Shown: piece after piece, positions 27,500-40,800 of the stretch
Numbering within the stretch: position 1 is the first letter of the stretch
Layout: each line of letters begins with the position of its first letter
DNA from: the human T2T-CHM13v2.0 reference genome, Homo sapiens
Strand: one strand, 5' to 3'
NCBI RefSeq assembly: GCF_009914755.1
Contig: NC_060931.1
DNA length: 64,000 bases
Translations under genes and position numbers: made by a program
The notes under the pieces: generated by a model
The model's input: the letters and a program-made list of their open reading frames with translations, nothing else
What the model was told of the DNA's origin: nothing
Databases searched by the model: none

Positions 27500-27620
27500 C
27501 ATGTGAGTCATTGCTAGTCAGAATATTACCTTTGCAGAGAGGCTTAATTCCAAATTTGCTCTTAAAGGGATATCCTCTCCTGGTTTAGGTATAAACTTTT
27601 GACTCACAGGACAAATTCTA
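27500..27620 (+). promoter_or_regulatory. EGFR: Putative internal (alternative) EGFR promoter
   Basis: TATAAA at 27590-27595, flanked by AP-1 heptamers TGAGTCA (27504-27510) and TGACTCA (27600-27606), about 260 bp upstream of a consensus donor. The position fits my recollection of an annotated alternative first exon about 32 kb upstream of exon 2. Confidence 0.6.
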
Positions 27621-27855
27621 TCATTCCTTTGGGCCTAGGATTGCATTTATTTCCATGACAAAAGGGCCTGTCTGGTGTTTCAGCAAATGAAAACAAAAAT
27701 ATAAAGCCCATCTCCTTTTGAATGAGCTCTAAAACAGTTCTCCACTGGACTTCAGAACAAGAGGGAGCTCTGGGCTGCTGGCTGGTTGTGCATTTGCTGT
27801 GGGTTCCCTCCGGCAGGCGACCTCTCCGCGCTGAGAAGGTTATCCGGATAACCAA
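27620..27855 (+). other. EGFR: Alternative non-coding first exon of EGFR (5' end approximate)
   Basis: Donor CAA|GTAAGA at 27855/27856, TATA box about 30 nt before the inferred start, and local CpG enrichment at 27810-27847. If spliced to exon 2, the first in-frame ATG is Met54 (60250). Confidence 0.6.
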
Positions 27856-30800
27856 GTAAGAAAGTACATGAGGAGGCACAGAAAGAAAAATGTGAGAGAT
27901 AACAGCATAAACACACAGTGTATGTTGTTATGAGGCATCACATGATGAGATACTGCTGGGGAGGGAAGAAGTGAGGAGATTCCTAGGAATCTTATGAGAA
28001 TTTCCAGAGACAACAAGTTTTGAGCTTTTTTTTAATTTAGAAAATTTACCTTATTTTTAAAAGAATATGTAACATATCCCATGCTATAAAATTCTAGACA
28101 TAGTAGATTTAAAACAGCATAATGGAAAATATAAATATCTATTTTCTTTTCCTATTTATGTATTCTGTGCCAGTAGGAATGTAGCCAAAAAGAGAGAAAA
28201 GGGGTCTCTGCAGACATGGATGTCTCTGTGACTTGATCACTGCTAACCCAAGAAGATAATAAAGCAGAAGCATGTATCCAGGTTGCTGCAGCCAAGCCTG
28301 CCCGGTCTGCGGGGCGTCCTCACACATGGGGCAGCTCTCCCACCCCACACACTGGGAAAGGCGGACAGAGGCTGGGCAAAGCCCCCAATTTTCGTTGGCA
28401 CTGACCCCGATGATTTATAGGCCTTTGTTTCCCATGTTAAATGTCTTACGATCATTAAATTATTTATAGCTCAATTAGCATGTGTCCAAAACCAGGAAGT
28501 TCATAGGAGACTGTGTGACTGGGAATTAAGGAGCAAAGCAACTTTCCAGTCTGTGATTTACTGGGTTTCCATTCTGTTTCCTGTTCGGATCCGGAAGTAG
28601 AATTTCAAATATTGCTTTTCATGCTTTATTTGGGACCGATTTTAGCCCCGCTCTCCTTTCTCTTGCCATTCGCTGGCCATTAGCCACCAGCCTCTGCACA
28701 ATGACCAGCTGGCCCCTGGCAGATCTTGGGCCCAGGTGTGAAGTCGCTGGAGAAGCATTTCAGGGCCAAGATGGGAGTGATTTCATTTTCCATTGACACT
28801 ATGCAGAAATGAAGGGGATTCAAGTGCCTTCAGAAAAGCTTCCTTCCAGCGAATGGAGTTTTGGGGGTTTTCCAGACTTGCAACTGCTTTTATTCTTGGA
28901 AGCATCATTGTTGCTTTTTCCCCCCTTCCATTTATATCCCAGGAACTGATTCAGAAACCATAGAAATTGGATTTGGAATCGCTGAATGCTAGCAGACAGC
29001 TGACTGCACTCTTCCCAAGAAACCCTGCCAGCTGGGTTCGGGTATCGCGCGGTGTGTGCTCTCTCTGCCTGGCCCGCTGAGTCCTCTAACTCTAATGGAT
29101 TCCTTCTTACACCAAAGTGCACTAGAACTAAAGTGTTTTGCTTCATTCTTTAGACATTTTGTGGTTTAGGGCTCAATCAGCCAGGGTATGATTTGCAATC
29201 CACAGTAACCGGTTTCAGAGCAGCTGCCCAGCGAGGCAGGTTTCATCTCGCTTGCTAGACGTTTTGTTTTTTTTTTTTTCTAAACCTCACACCTTTTATT
29301 TATTAGACTTGGATTCCAGTTTCCTGAGCCTGTTTGTGCCACTGATTAGACAGGCTTGAAGCAGAACCCACCAGGCTTCCTGAATAAAATGCAGCAGTGA
29401 TTGTATTAGGGGTTTTTAAATTGCTCAAAATACTGTCTAAAAAACACTAAAAATCATGTTACTTTCTAGATTGAATAAAATCCTATAGAAATGAATTCCT
29501 GGACTTGATATGTAGCAAGCTGGCATTGGCTCGGGAGTGAGTGGGCTCAGTTAAGTGAGCTAAGATGAGATGGTGCACAGGCGAGCACCCACCTGAGGAG
29601 TGTGTGGATGTTATGATAGCCAGCTCCTCTGTAAAGACCTGTCCTTCTATGTCAGCAGCCCAGCAGATAAATGACGTGTAAATACCACATTTAGGAGGGC
29701 TTATGATGATGCCAATTAATGGAGACCTTTTTGAAACAGGAAGGAGGTGAAACATATTCCTTTGCTTCTACATCACTGTGTGCCAGGCACTGTTTACAGC
29801 ATCTCGTTTAACCAGCAGTCACCACCTGACGGATGGCTGATGTGGGGTGGGGTCCCAGGGTGGGATTGCGTGATGGGCTTGGGGTCTCTGGCTGATGGGT
29901 GCCAGAGCTGGGACTGGAACTCCTGGCGTGACTGAGGCAGACACCTGGGCTACCCAGCCTCACCCACGACGCCCTCACTAAGTGACCCACAGGACTCACC
30001 GGAAGCAGGGCAGCAAGGTCCCCCTACAGAGGTCCCCACTGCAAACCGATACCCAGCTTAGACAGCAGTTCTGCAGTCGGCGTCTCACCCCTTCGGGTCT
30101 CATTGTGACTCACTTTGATAGCCACACGATTTAAGGGTGGTTCAGTAGTGATTTGATGAGTGCTGTGGCTCAGGGTCATTCCCCTGCCCAAGCATTTCAA
30201 ATTCCAGAAGTTCATGCCCTGCATGGTGGGTGAAAAGTCTCAGGCCAACCATGAGCACACAGCAGCCAGGCGACTGAGGCAGCTGCCCGGGGTGGCACGT
30301 TGCTCAAACCCATAATTTGGAGTCAAAACAAACAGATGATTAGCTGGGGTGGTCACTTTCAATCAAGAGTTTTCACATCGCCTAGACATGGCCTCAGAAT
30401 CAGGCCTGGTGTGGCCAGGGGCTGATCTCACAGTAGACAGGAAGTGTGGCCCGAGGGCCATGGCTGCCCCCTCAGAAGGCCCTGTGGAGTGGCTGGCCGA
30501 GCCTCAGCAGCCTCCTGTGAAGCGAGGAAGGGTCTTCCTGCCGGCCTCTGGAGATCAGTATGGGAATGCACAAGTAGGAAACGCTGGATGGGAATCCCTC
30601 TGCCCTGTGATACCAAGGCAGTGAGTTTGTAGACTATGGAATTGCTGTCGGAGGGCTCTGTAACCGGCCAAGGTCACACAGGTAGCCATTGGTAGAGCAG
30701 GGACTGGAATCCCAGACCCCCAACTTCCAGGACTGTGCACCTTTCTTTATCCCATACAGCCTTACAGTCAAGTGCCAGTGCAACACCTGATTCCCAGGTT

Positions 30801-32160
30801 CCAGCCTTTGTCTTTTATAATGGGAATCAACCTTATCTTGACGATCCAGAGATAGTCATCAAGGAAGATTAAATTATCCCCTTAGACTCAGAGTGACCAT
30901 ATCATTTTCCCTCCACACAAGGACACTTTTGAGAATGAAAAGGAGGAGATGTCTGTACCAGACGCTGGATGACAGGCACCGACAGGCTGTCTGCCAGGGG
31001 AGCAGCGATTCCTGTATGTTGTAGAAAGTTTTTCAAAAGTCACCTTGGAAAGAGGTTTTGTTCCTTAACCTTCTGTTAAATAGGAAGCTCCGTGAATGAA
31101 AACAACTCCCTTCCCTAAACATTCTAGTAATGACCCAACACTGCCAAGCCTGCCAGCTCTGCCTCATGGTCGTGTTGACTGTGTGAGACTATGTGAGTGC
31201 CTGCTACACAGTACGCTTTCAGTAAACATGGTATTGCCTCGATAATCCCACAAAAATGTCCTATTCAAATCACCTGGCACCCAGGAAATTTCCTTCTTTT
31301 TTTTCCCAGGTGAAATATACAGTTGAAAACACCTGACAGCAATTCCCCTCTCCCATGTGTTTGCAGGATGGTGGTTTTGGTTCCTCCATCTTTGATGTGT
31401 ACAAGTGTGATGTTTTCCCCCCACAGACAAGTAAACCACATTCTCTTCACATTCCCAATGTTTTGTCAATGTACCTCCTTCAATAGAGGATCGATAAGGA
31501 AAAAAATCATTGACAATCTCAATTAGATTCACTATTTCATCCAAAAGCATAGCTTAGAACTCTAGTTTTTGTTCAACACTCTTGCCCTATGAGTGCACAG
31601 AACTTTAATTCTGATACAAACATCCCTGAATGTTTAGCTTTGACAAAGATTCCAAGGTGATTTGATAAGAAGCAGGGCTGTGTTTGGGCTCTGGGAGTTT
31701 TTGATATGGTTTCAAGCCCCATCCAAAACCCACAGACCTCTAGAAAGTAGGTGCCTGCCTTCCTGCAGCAGCCCTGGAGCCTGCTGGGGGCTTTGAGCAG
31801 CTGCTGCCAAGCCAGGCCTCACCCGACACTCTGATGGGCACGGCCATGGTGGCAGGGGCTTGGACGCTGCCAGGTGACTCTAACTTGTGGCCAGGGTGGG
31901 AAGCACTGCTCCACAGAGGTGCCAAAACCAGGTTCCTTCCTGTGTTCTCACATTTCACAGCCTCAATGTAAAAAGTAAGACATGGGCACTCTGGAATATT
32001 ACAAAAATATAGAAAAGCATGTTATAGTAAATAAAAGGCTCACAGAATTTTGTCATTTAGGAACAATGATTATTAATATATTAGTGTGTGTTTTTGCTCA
32101 TTAACAGTATATCCTGAGATATTTCCTATACCATTTAATATTTTAAAAGATGTTTACACT

Positions 32161-32408
<248 letters not shown>

Positions 32409-32707
32409 CATTTAAAAATACATGATGTTTAATTATTAGAGGACTCAATTTTATATATATGTATACAATAATTTTTAAGTTTCTTAATATTGGACTTTTA
32501 GTACCTTTTTAAAAATACTATTTTTAAAAAAATCTGTATTTCTAACTTTTTATAACAAGGAACCTTTGGCTTTGAGATGACTGGGGAATCCATTCTTTCC
32601 TATAGTATCCATGTCCAATGGACTTAAAGTATTAATCAATGTGTTTATGTTTTGTTATTTTTCTGGCATTACAAAAAATTCTAAATATATTGTTACCGCC
32701 TGTATAA

Positions 32708-33046
<339 letters not shown>

Positions 33047-34427
33047 TTATATTATTCTTTAAATTCACATGAGAATTTAGTATGGCTTCAAAAAATACCA
33101 TAAGTTAAAATATCACCAAGACTCTGTTCAGACAAAAGTATCAGAAAAGTGAGCCAGGCACTCACATAGTTTATAGTTTATAAAAGTGAGACAGGCATGA
33201 TCTCTTAACCTCACTATAGTCCTGTGAATAAGGTTTATTTACATTTCATTTTACCTGCCAGGATTATTGTAAAAACGCCAAGCACATTGCCTACACAAAC
33301 TAAATATTCAGTCAATGGCTGCTATTTTCATGAGTTCGTTTTAACATATATTTATTGTCCTCTACTGGATTTAAGAAGTTATATTTATTATCATCTAAGA
33401 TTTTAGCTATTCCTTCTCTTAAAAATAGATTTTATAATCAATGGCAGTAAGGGAGAGTAACTCGCAGTTCTCTGAATCTCAAGGGGTTCCTGGAAGCCTT
33501 CCTGAAGGTATAGTGAAATTTCAGCTTCACATTCCCATCCATGAGCTCCCTGCAAATATCCCGGTCTGCTCTCAGGACCCAGTGACTTACCTATGCAGAG
33601 GCTGTAGATAGCACCTGGAGCTTCCTGTGTGCCCTCCTCAAACTCAGCCAATGCCGTCATACAGTAGCAGGCAGGTGTCTTTGCTGGGTAGTTGGACTGG
33701 ATGTCCCTGGGATTGCAGAACTGGAATGGGGAGTGACATCAGGAAACTATAATCATCAGGACAACATGGTTTGCCATAACTTTAAGTTTTAAGCGACCGC
33801 AGATTATGCGGAGAGAGATGCATGCCCACAGCCATGCTTCCCATGTAACTGGAGAGGGGTCTGAAGTTTGAAACAAGTGTTCCTAGGCACGGGTTACAGT
33901 GTTTGTTATCATCATACTTGATTTAGAATGGGGCACAACATGTGGATTCATGGTAACTGTTACAACCTTACTCATTTTAATACCTGAAAACATGCTTTCC
34001 CCATGCTGGGAATCGAAAGATTCTCCTAGGAAAAGAAAGGCTTGACAACATCGATTCAAAAAGGGCATGCATTTTCCTCATTTAAATAACTCTAATGTGC
34101 AAGTAGATCCCCTGACCTCAAGCTCAGAAGAGTCCAGGCCTTCACACCTTCTCTGCTTCTGCTCTGGGGCCAGCTATTGAGATTCCTGTGCCCACGCAAT
34201 GCGCACATCCCACCCCTGGCCGCTGTCCACAAGAAATCCAGTTGCACCAAGCACCCCACTTTTTGCACCTCTCATTTATGTACTCCTAAGAGCCTCACCA
34301 CAACTCCCTTCTAAAAACATGAGTTCCTGACTGGGAATTCGATGCTGCCCAGGCAGCTTTGCTCAGAGGGAGCAGCCTTCTAGAAATGTTTCAAGTAAAC
34401 TTTCAAGTATAACTAAATTCAAAAAAA

Positions 34428-34456
34428 ACACATACACACACACACACACACACACA
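34428..34456. repeat. Interrupted (AC)n microsatellite
   Basis: Direct read. Confidence 0.9.
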
Positions 34457-34499
34457 AGTCAAAGGTGTGTAATTTGGCCAATATCACAAACCAATTAGC

Positions 34500-35010
34500 C
34501 CTTTGTAAGTGGCACCCAGATCAGGACAGCTGACCATACCAGCACCCTAGAAGCACCCCGTGCTGCCTCCTGGGACAGGGCTACCACCATCCTAAGGCCA
34601 GCACGATGGGCCAGCTTTGCCTGCTGTTGAATTTTGCTTACATAGAATCCTCCAGTAGGTACTCCTTTGGGTCAGGTTCTTTCACTCAACATTATGTGTT
34701 GATATTTTTCCATGCTGTGCTGCAAAATTGTATTTCTTGCATTCCATAACTGGGCAGTTCCATCATAGGAGAATACCACACTGCGTTCGTCCATTCTACC
34801 GCCAATGGACATATGGGTTCTTTCTCTTTTCTTGCAGTTACAAGTTTATGAATATTGTCCCACGTGTCCCTGGTGAACTTTTGTTTGCATTTCTGTTGGG
34901 TACCTCAGAGTGGCGTTGCTGGGTCAGAGGGTACTGGTCGCTTTAGTAGCTTTGAAAGATATTGCCAAAACATTTTCCAGCGCAGTTATAGCAAATTATA
35001 CACCACCAGC
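34500..35010 (-). mobile_element. Ancient L1M (L1MC/ME-like) 3' fragment
   Basis: ttctttcactcaacattatg...gaataccacactgcgttcgtccattctacc...atggacatatggg...gatattgccaaaacattttccag are typical antisense L1M 3' blocks. Confidence 0.65.
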
Positions 35011-36082
35011 AGTAGAAAACATCTCCTAATTGCTCACAGTAAACCCCCAAAGATTGCCACATACATCTTCCATATCAATTACTTAACTATTCAGCAAATT
35101 TGAAGGGAAATATATTTAATCTTTTTATTCAAATAGTTTATAAAGTGGAATAGAGATGTGGGTAAAAGTTGTCTTGCCACCTTTTTAGATCGGTAAAAGT
35201 TTGTTGAATGCAGGCAAGAAAAGATGAGAAATAATGGTACCCAATGAAAGACATAGCAGTCTACAAGGAGGGGCATTTCCCGGGGTGGGGGGGACCCACA
35301 CTCTGTAACTCCCACATTCAATTAGCATGTTATAGGTAAGCTGCAGAAAACGAGGCAGCTTGTCAAAGAGGAACGGCTCTTGGCCATGGTTGCTGCCCTA
35401 GGAGGATATTTGATACTAGCAGAGCTGGGGCAACCCTGGAGGAAACCACCTGGAATGATGGGAGAACTCCTCCAGGGAACATGGCCCTTTAATAGATCTC
35501 TGTTATGTAAAATAATCCCAAAGCAGCCACCAGGGCATACTGCTGCGATCAAGTCCTAGGCGGTATTCCCTTCTGCGCCATAGACCCTGTGCAGAGTGCC
35601 CTCAACGAAGGAGCAAGGAAGACCAAGTCTCCCGAGGGTTTGCATATGTGTATGTGATTCTGCAGTCATGGTGAATGACACAGTCAGGGCTGCGGAAAAG
35701 CATTGGTAAAGTGTATATTTGAGGCTTCAGAAGTTTGAAAAGGCTAGATTTCCTAGGCCAAAACACTGAAAATTTGCAATTAGAACTTCAGTGCTGATGC
35801 TGGGAAGACTGGAGTTAGTTTGAGACATGCACCTGTGCAGAACTGGGCCCCCAGAAAAGGAGAAGGAAGGGAATCCAGACCAGAGTAGGGCCTGACACCA
35901 CTCAGACTCGGCGTGTCTATAAATTAGAATTGCGTTACAATTACACTTTGACATTTTAGTGGTTTTTAAAGTGCCCAGCACAAGTTAATTTTTCATTAAT
36001 GAATCCTTTATTCATAAAATGCTTAGATGGAGATTACCCTTTTGAGCATTTTGCCAGTGCTTCTGAAATTAATGGGGACCTC

Positions 36083-36278
36083 CTGTTGGAGGACACAGTC
36101 TGTTGCAATAGGTGACCACTGCTCTGAATCTATGTCACCTCTCCAGGACCACGGGCACAACCATCACCTGAGGCATGTTGGAGATGCAGATGGTCAGGCC
36201 CTCCTAGAATCTCAGAATCTGCATTTTAGCAAAGTCCTGGGTAATTCCTATGTCCATTGGAGTTTGAGAAGCACTGGT
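36083..36278. repeat. Copy A of ~195-bp dispersed duplication containing a MER5A-type fragment
   Basis: About 86% identical by hand alignment to 37689-37882. The 3' half (gaatctgcattttagcaaagtcctgggtaattcctatg...agtttgagaagcactgg) is MER5A-like. Confidence 0.85.
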
Positions 36279-36437
36279 AATCTCAAATACTTTAAAAGAT
36301 TACTAGAGTAAGATAGGCTCAGTAGGTACCTGAAGGCACCATCCCAAAGACCAGAGTGGTAGAAGCAGGTGGACCAGCCTCTGAACACATTTCTCCCCCA
36401 CTCCCCGGCTGTGTGGAAGGTTGCCACCTTTGGGGTA

Positions 36438-36545
36438 GTCATTCAACAAACACGTGTCAACTGTCCACTATGTGTCAGGCCACCACTGGGCACTGGCTGT
36501 GGCTAGCTGGATAGACACCATTTCTGCCCTCCAGAAATGTCATGT
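36438..36545 (-). mobile_element. L2 LINE 3' end
   Basis: cattcaacaaacacgtgtcaactgtccactatgtgtcaggc...ctgggcactgg...ctgccctccag. Confidence 0.55.
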
Positions 36546-37688
36546 CCACTGGCACATGACAAGTCACTAAGTCATTCAGAGCCATGGGTGACAGCTCCAG
36601 GGGCCGACAAAGGAGCTGTGATCTCACAGATCCACAGAGAAGTGTCCCAGGGCGGGCGGGACCCAGGACTGCACAGGGAGGGGTGAAGTGACACATAAGA
36701 AGTCAGCCCATCAGCCTGAAATGCTCCCCCAAATCTTCCCATTCAGTGTTTTCTCAGTAGCAAACTCGTGGGAAAATTGGTTATTTTACTTAAAAAACTC
36801 ATACTAGAAATTAGTTTAACTTTAAAAATAAATTTTAAAAACATTTTTATTAACAAATCCTACCTTTCCTCCAAAGTCAAGGAGAAAAGAATAGAAGTGA
36901 ACAATGGACCAAGTAAGCCTAAAACTCTGCTCTTTCCCCTGCTCATTTTACAGTTCAAGTGCCATTCAATTTATCCTGGCAAGAAGAGGAAGGCATCATC
37001 AAGACCTTAATTTTCTAATACATCTGATCTGAGAAGAATGTGAAAGCTATAAAATTAATTTTTGATCAATAACTACAGGCCTTTTGAGAGAGTGCCCTCC
37101 TAATGAATTGAGTACCTATTTCTCCATACACAGTGTCTATCATGACCTACAAACCCTTTTCCCATGAGGTGTAACAGAGAGAGATTACAGCCTTGGAACT
37201 GGATGTCAGACTCTCCTGGTTTAAGACAATAAGCCATGACATAGAGCCTGAAACCAACACAATCTTCCGAGTGGTTCCAGAAACATATAGGGGACAATGT
37301 TGGCTCTGATGCTGTACATCCCCAACAACCATCAACTATTTGGAAACTAGAATTTCAGCATAATTGGAGTTGGTGTTACCCTAGCAAATGCTGTGGGAAG
37401 AGAGTCTCACTGTGTATCTTCTCCTGTTTAAAGCCTGAATTTGTTCAGAATGTAATATCTCTGTTTAGCCACTCTACTGAAACTGATCTAGGAAATGTTC
37501 AAAAAAAGGTATCCCAAGGATCCCTTTGTAGCTACATCTGTGGGATTCCCCTCGCTCTGGCGTGGCCTGGCCCCTCTGCATTTGACAATACGGTCCTATG
37601 CTTTTGTCTTCCTGGGCTGCGTGAACCCACCCTGCCCTGGTTCACCTCTCCTCTTGACCCATCCTTATCAGTGTCTTGAAAGGTCCTT

Positions 37689-37882
37689 CTATTGGAGGAC
37701 ACATTCTGTTGCAGCAGGTGACCACTGCCCCAAATCTGTTTCACCTCCCCAGGGCCATGGGCACAACCATCCCTGGAGTGTGTTAGAGATGCAGTTGGCC
37801 AGGTCCTCCAAAATCTCAGAATCTGCATTTTTGCAAAGTCCTGGGTAACTCCTATGTCCATGAGAGTTTGAGAAGTACTGGT
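37689..37882. repeat. Copy B of ~195-bp dispersed duplication containing a MER5A-type fragment
   Basis: Same orientation as 36083-36278, about 28 differences. Confidence 0.85.
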
Positions 37883-40800
37883 CTCATGAGTTCCTGACAT
37901 ACAAATAGTGCTGAGGCCAGTATGCTGACTGGGTAGCCAGATACAAGTGAAAACCTTCCTGTTTTTTGCAAACCTGGATGGACCCGAGGCCGCTGACGTG
38001 GGCCAGGACAAGCTACTCTTTTTCAGTGTTTCTGTTGCATCGCTGTGTCTCTCTGTGATCAGGTGCTGCCCTCCCTGGCAGGAGGACTGCAGACAGGATG
38101 ACCAAGAGCACTCTACACAGCCTGCTCTCCAGTGTTGGGGGACGCCACCCACCCTCGTGGTTCCTGTTCATCTGCCTACACGTGGAGGGCCCAAGAAGGC
38201 TAATATGTGACTATCTCCACTTCCTGGTACCCTGTGTGAATAACTTCACTTACTAAAGGGATGTTGAGCAACTTTATTAATAATGAAGAAAGCACTTTGG
38301 TTTGACAAATAATCACTCCATTTTTTCATTTGAAAGTTAACTCTTGTTAGTAGAGAAAGCAATGTATTACAACCACAAGGACGTTTACATGGAAATGAAC
38401 CATCTGCAAAGCATCCCCCATTTTCCTTTTAAATCAGCCAATGGGTGGTGGTGGGAGAAATATTCACCAGAGTATTTAACATCTATCCCCCTTCCTAGAC
38501 TGTCAGCTCCATCCGGGCGGAGACTGTTGGTATCTCCACAGCACACACAGGGCCTGGCACACATCCGGGGCTCAGTGAGCACTTGCTGAATGGTGAACAG
38601 ATTAGCTCTCCTGGGAACGTTGTTGACACATCTCATAACACTGGTTTGGAGTGGAGGGCATTCATCGGGCTGCATATTCCTATTTTTAATTGTATTCTCC
38701 ACTGGTTACAGCACCTACAGTTATAAAGACATTGTTAACATTGCTTATAGGAAGACATTTGATGGAAATGAGTCCAAAGGCATTACGGTTAGAAACTGGC
38801 CAGGTGTCATTTTTGAGAGATTAGATAACTGTTTTCCGGTAGAGTGAATTGCCTGTTTGTTGCAAGTTGGGACTTTGCTGGGCTGGTTTACAGGGCCAAG
38901 GGGAAAGAGATAAGTGGATCTTCTAGTGAGAGGTCATCTGTTTTGAAAGCCTGGAAGATTCCATGAACTAAATCCAAGTCTTACAACACAGGGAAGTGTG
39001 TCATACTGTGCAGGGATGAAGTCTCCAATTTAGCATGAAAACAAGAGCTCCTCACACTGTCCTCTTCAGAAAGCCCATACAATCCAAACTTCTGAATGCT
39101 TAGCTGCTTACAACCATACATAGATTGAGGGATAAAACTCTGATATGGAAGAGAAGGTAAACATTTTTTGGCAGACATTCCCAGGAAAAGGCGGCTCTCT
39201 TCTCTCATTGCTGCTGCTCTTTCAGAATCCATTTCAACAGAGGAGGAGTCAATGGGAGCCCCGTGCCTCTGGCAGATATCATATGGCGTTTCAGTGGCAT
39301 TGTGTGTTACCCTTCTTAGGTAACAGCTCAGCCATTAGAAGAATGTCCTACACACCTTCTCATTTTCTGTGATGAGAGGAATGTGAGGTACTGCTCTTCG
39401 AGAGCTGTCATTTGTCCTAGTAGCCAGCAGCGTGACTGTGCTGTCTTCTGCTCTGTCTCCCTGTCAGCCTTCTGCCCAGCCACCACCACTATAGTTTTGT
39501 TCTCTCCATTGGAACTCCTGGTTCAGAGAATTACCATAAAAAACAGACCCCTAGACATACAACACTCTATCACATAATGGTGACTTTGTCTTCTATTTTG
39601 GATTACTGAGCTTTCTTGGGTAACTTCCACTAAATCGAAGTTAATATTAGAAGAACTTCCTCTTACTAGAATCGAAAAGCATTTAAGTGATGCAGTCAAG
39701 TTTGTACCATAAGTAATTCAGTCATTTAACAAATATATATGGCCTCTGTGCGACAGTGACCTTGACTGGGAATGAAGCTGTCCCATGTGGGGCCTGTTCT
39801 TCAAAGGCAGTTCCCTGCTGCCCAGTTCAGTCCAGTGGATCTGGGCATCTCTCTTTAATCCGCATTAGGGGCTCTTTACTGATTCTTCACTATCCAAAAA
39901 GACTTGGAGGGGAGACCTGAGCCCACTTCTGGAAGGAAATGATAACAATTTATTTAGATAATCTTTGTGCAACAAGTCAATTCACTGAAGAGATCTGCTC
40001 TCTAGGAGCCTCTGTGACCCCACCATAACTGGGAAGGCTCTACCTCTCCAGTCTTCGGGCCACATTTCTCTCTGGCCTGCTGTCTTCCCAGCACTCTCAG
40101 CCTTGCTCATGGAGCACTCTAGTCCTCCGTCGACCTTGGCCTTTGGTAACGTGATTTTTCACCTGGCAGCTCCCATCTGGTCTCACTCCCTCTTTTTGTC
40201 CAGTCTGCATGACACAGCCTCACATCGTTAGTGTTCCCTCACTCCCCTCTTACTGCCCAACCTGCAAAGTCCATGCCTGGGCCAGTGCAGCATGTGTCCT
40301 CATTGGGCTGCTGGTGGCAGTGGGGGGAACCGCACAGCCACGCTGTGTGCTGCTGAAGAAATGCACAGCCTCCTACCCTCGCCCTCAAGAGGCAGCCATG
40401 GCTGCACATTCCTGCCCTTCTGAGCTCCGCTCACTTTTGGCAGCAGCCGTTCCAACCTGCATGGGATCTTCACTCTCTCACAGATGTGCTGACTCCTCCT
40501 GCTGCCTCCCCTCTCTGTGCCTTCTCACTCTCTGTTCCCTTTGCCCTTTCTCCCCTTTTCTCCTCTGCCTACCTCCAAGCCATCCATCACAGGACAGCTC
40601 AAGCATCAGATCCTCTGGGACACTTTCCTTAGTTGTTCAGTCTGATGAGGTGTCCCTCATCCTCTCTTAGCTGAAAATCAGCAGCTGCCTCAACTTCTTT
40701 TCCAGCATGTCTCATGAGTATTGCCACAACAGCATCTGTCACAATGTGGGGTAGTGGCTGACTTGCTTTTCTGCCATTCAACTGAGTTCCCTCAGTGCTG

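Noticed and set aside
37532-38152. 206-aa minus-strand ORF
   Set aside because: Non-ATG start, overlaps the MER5-containing duplication, no domain or gene punctuation.
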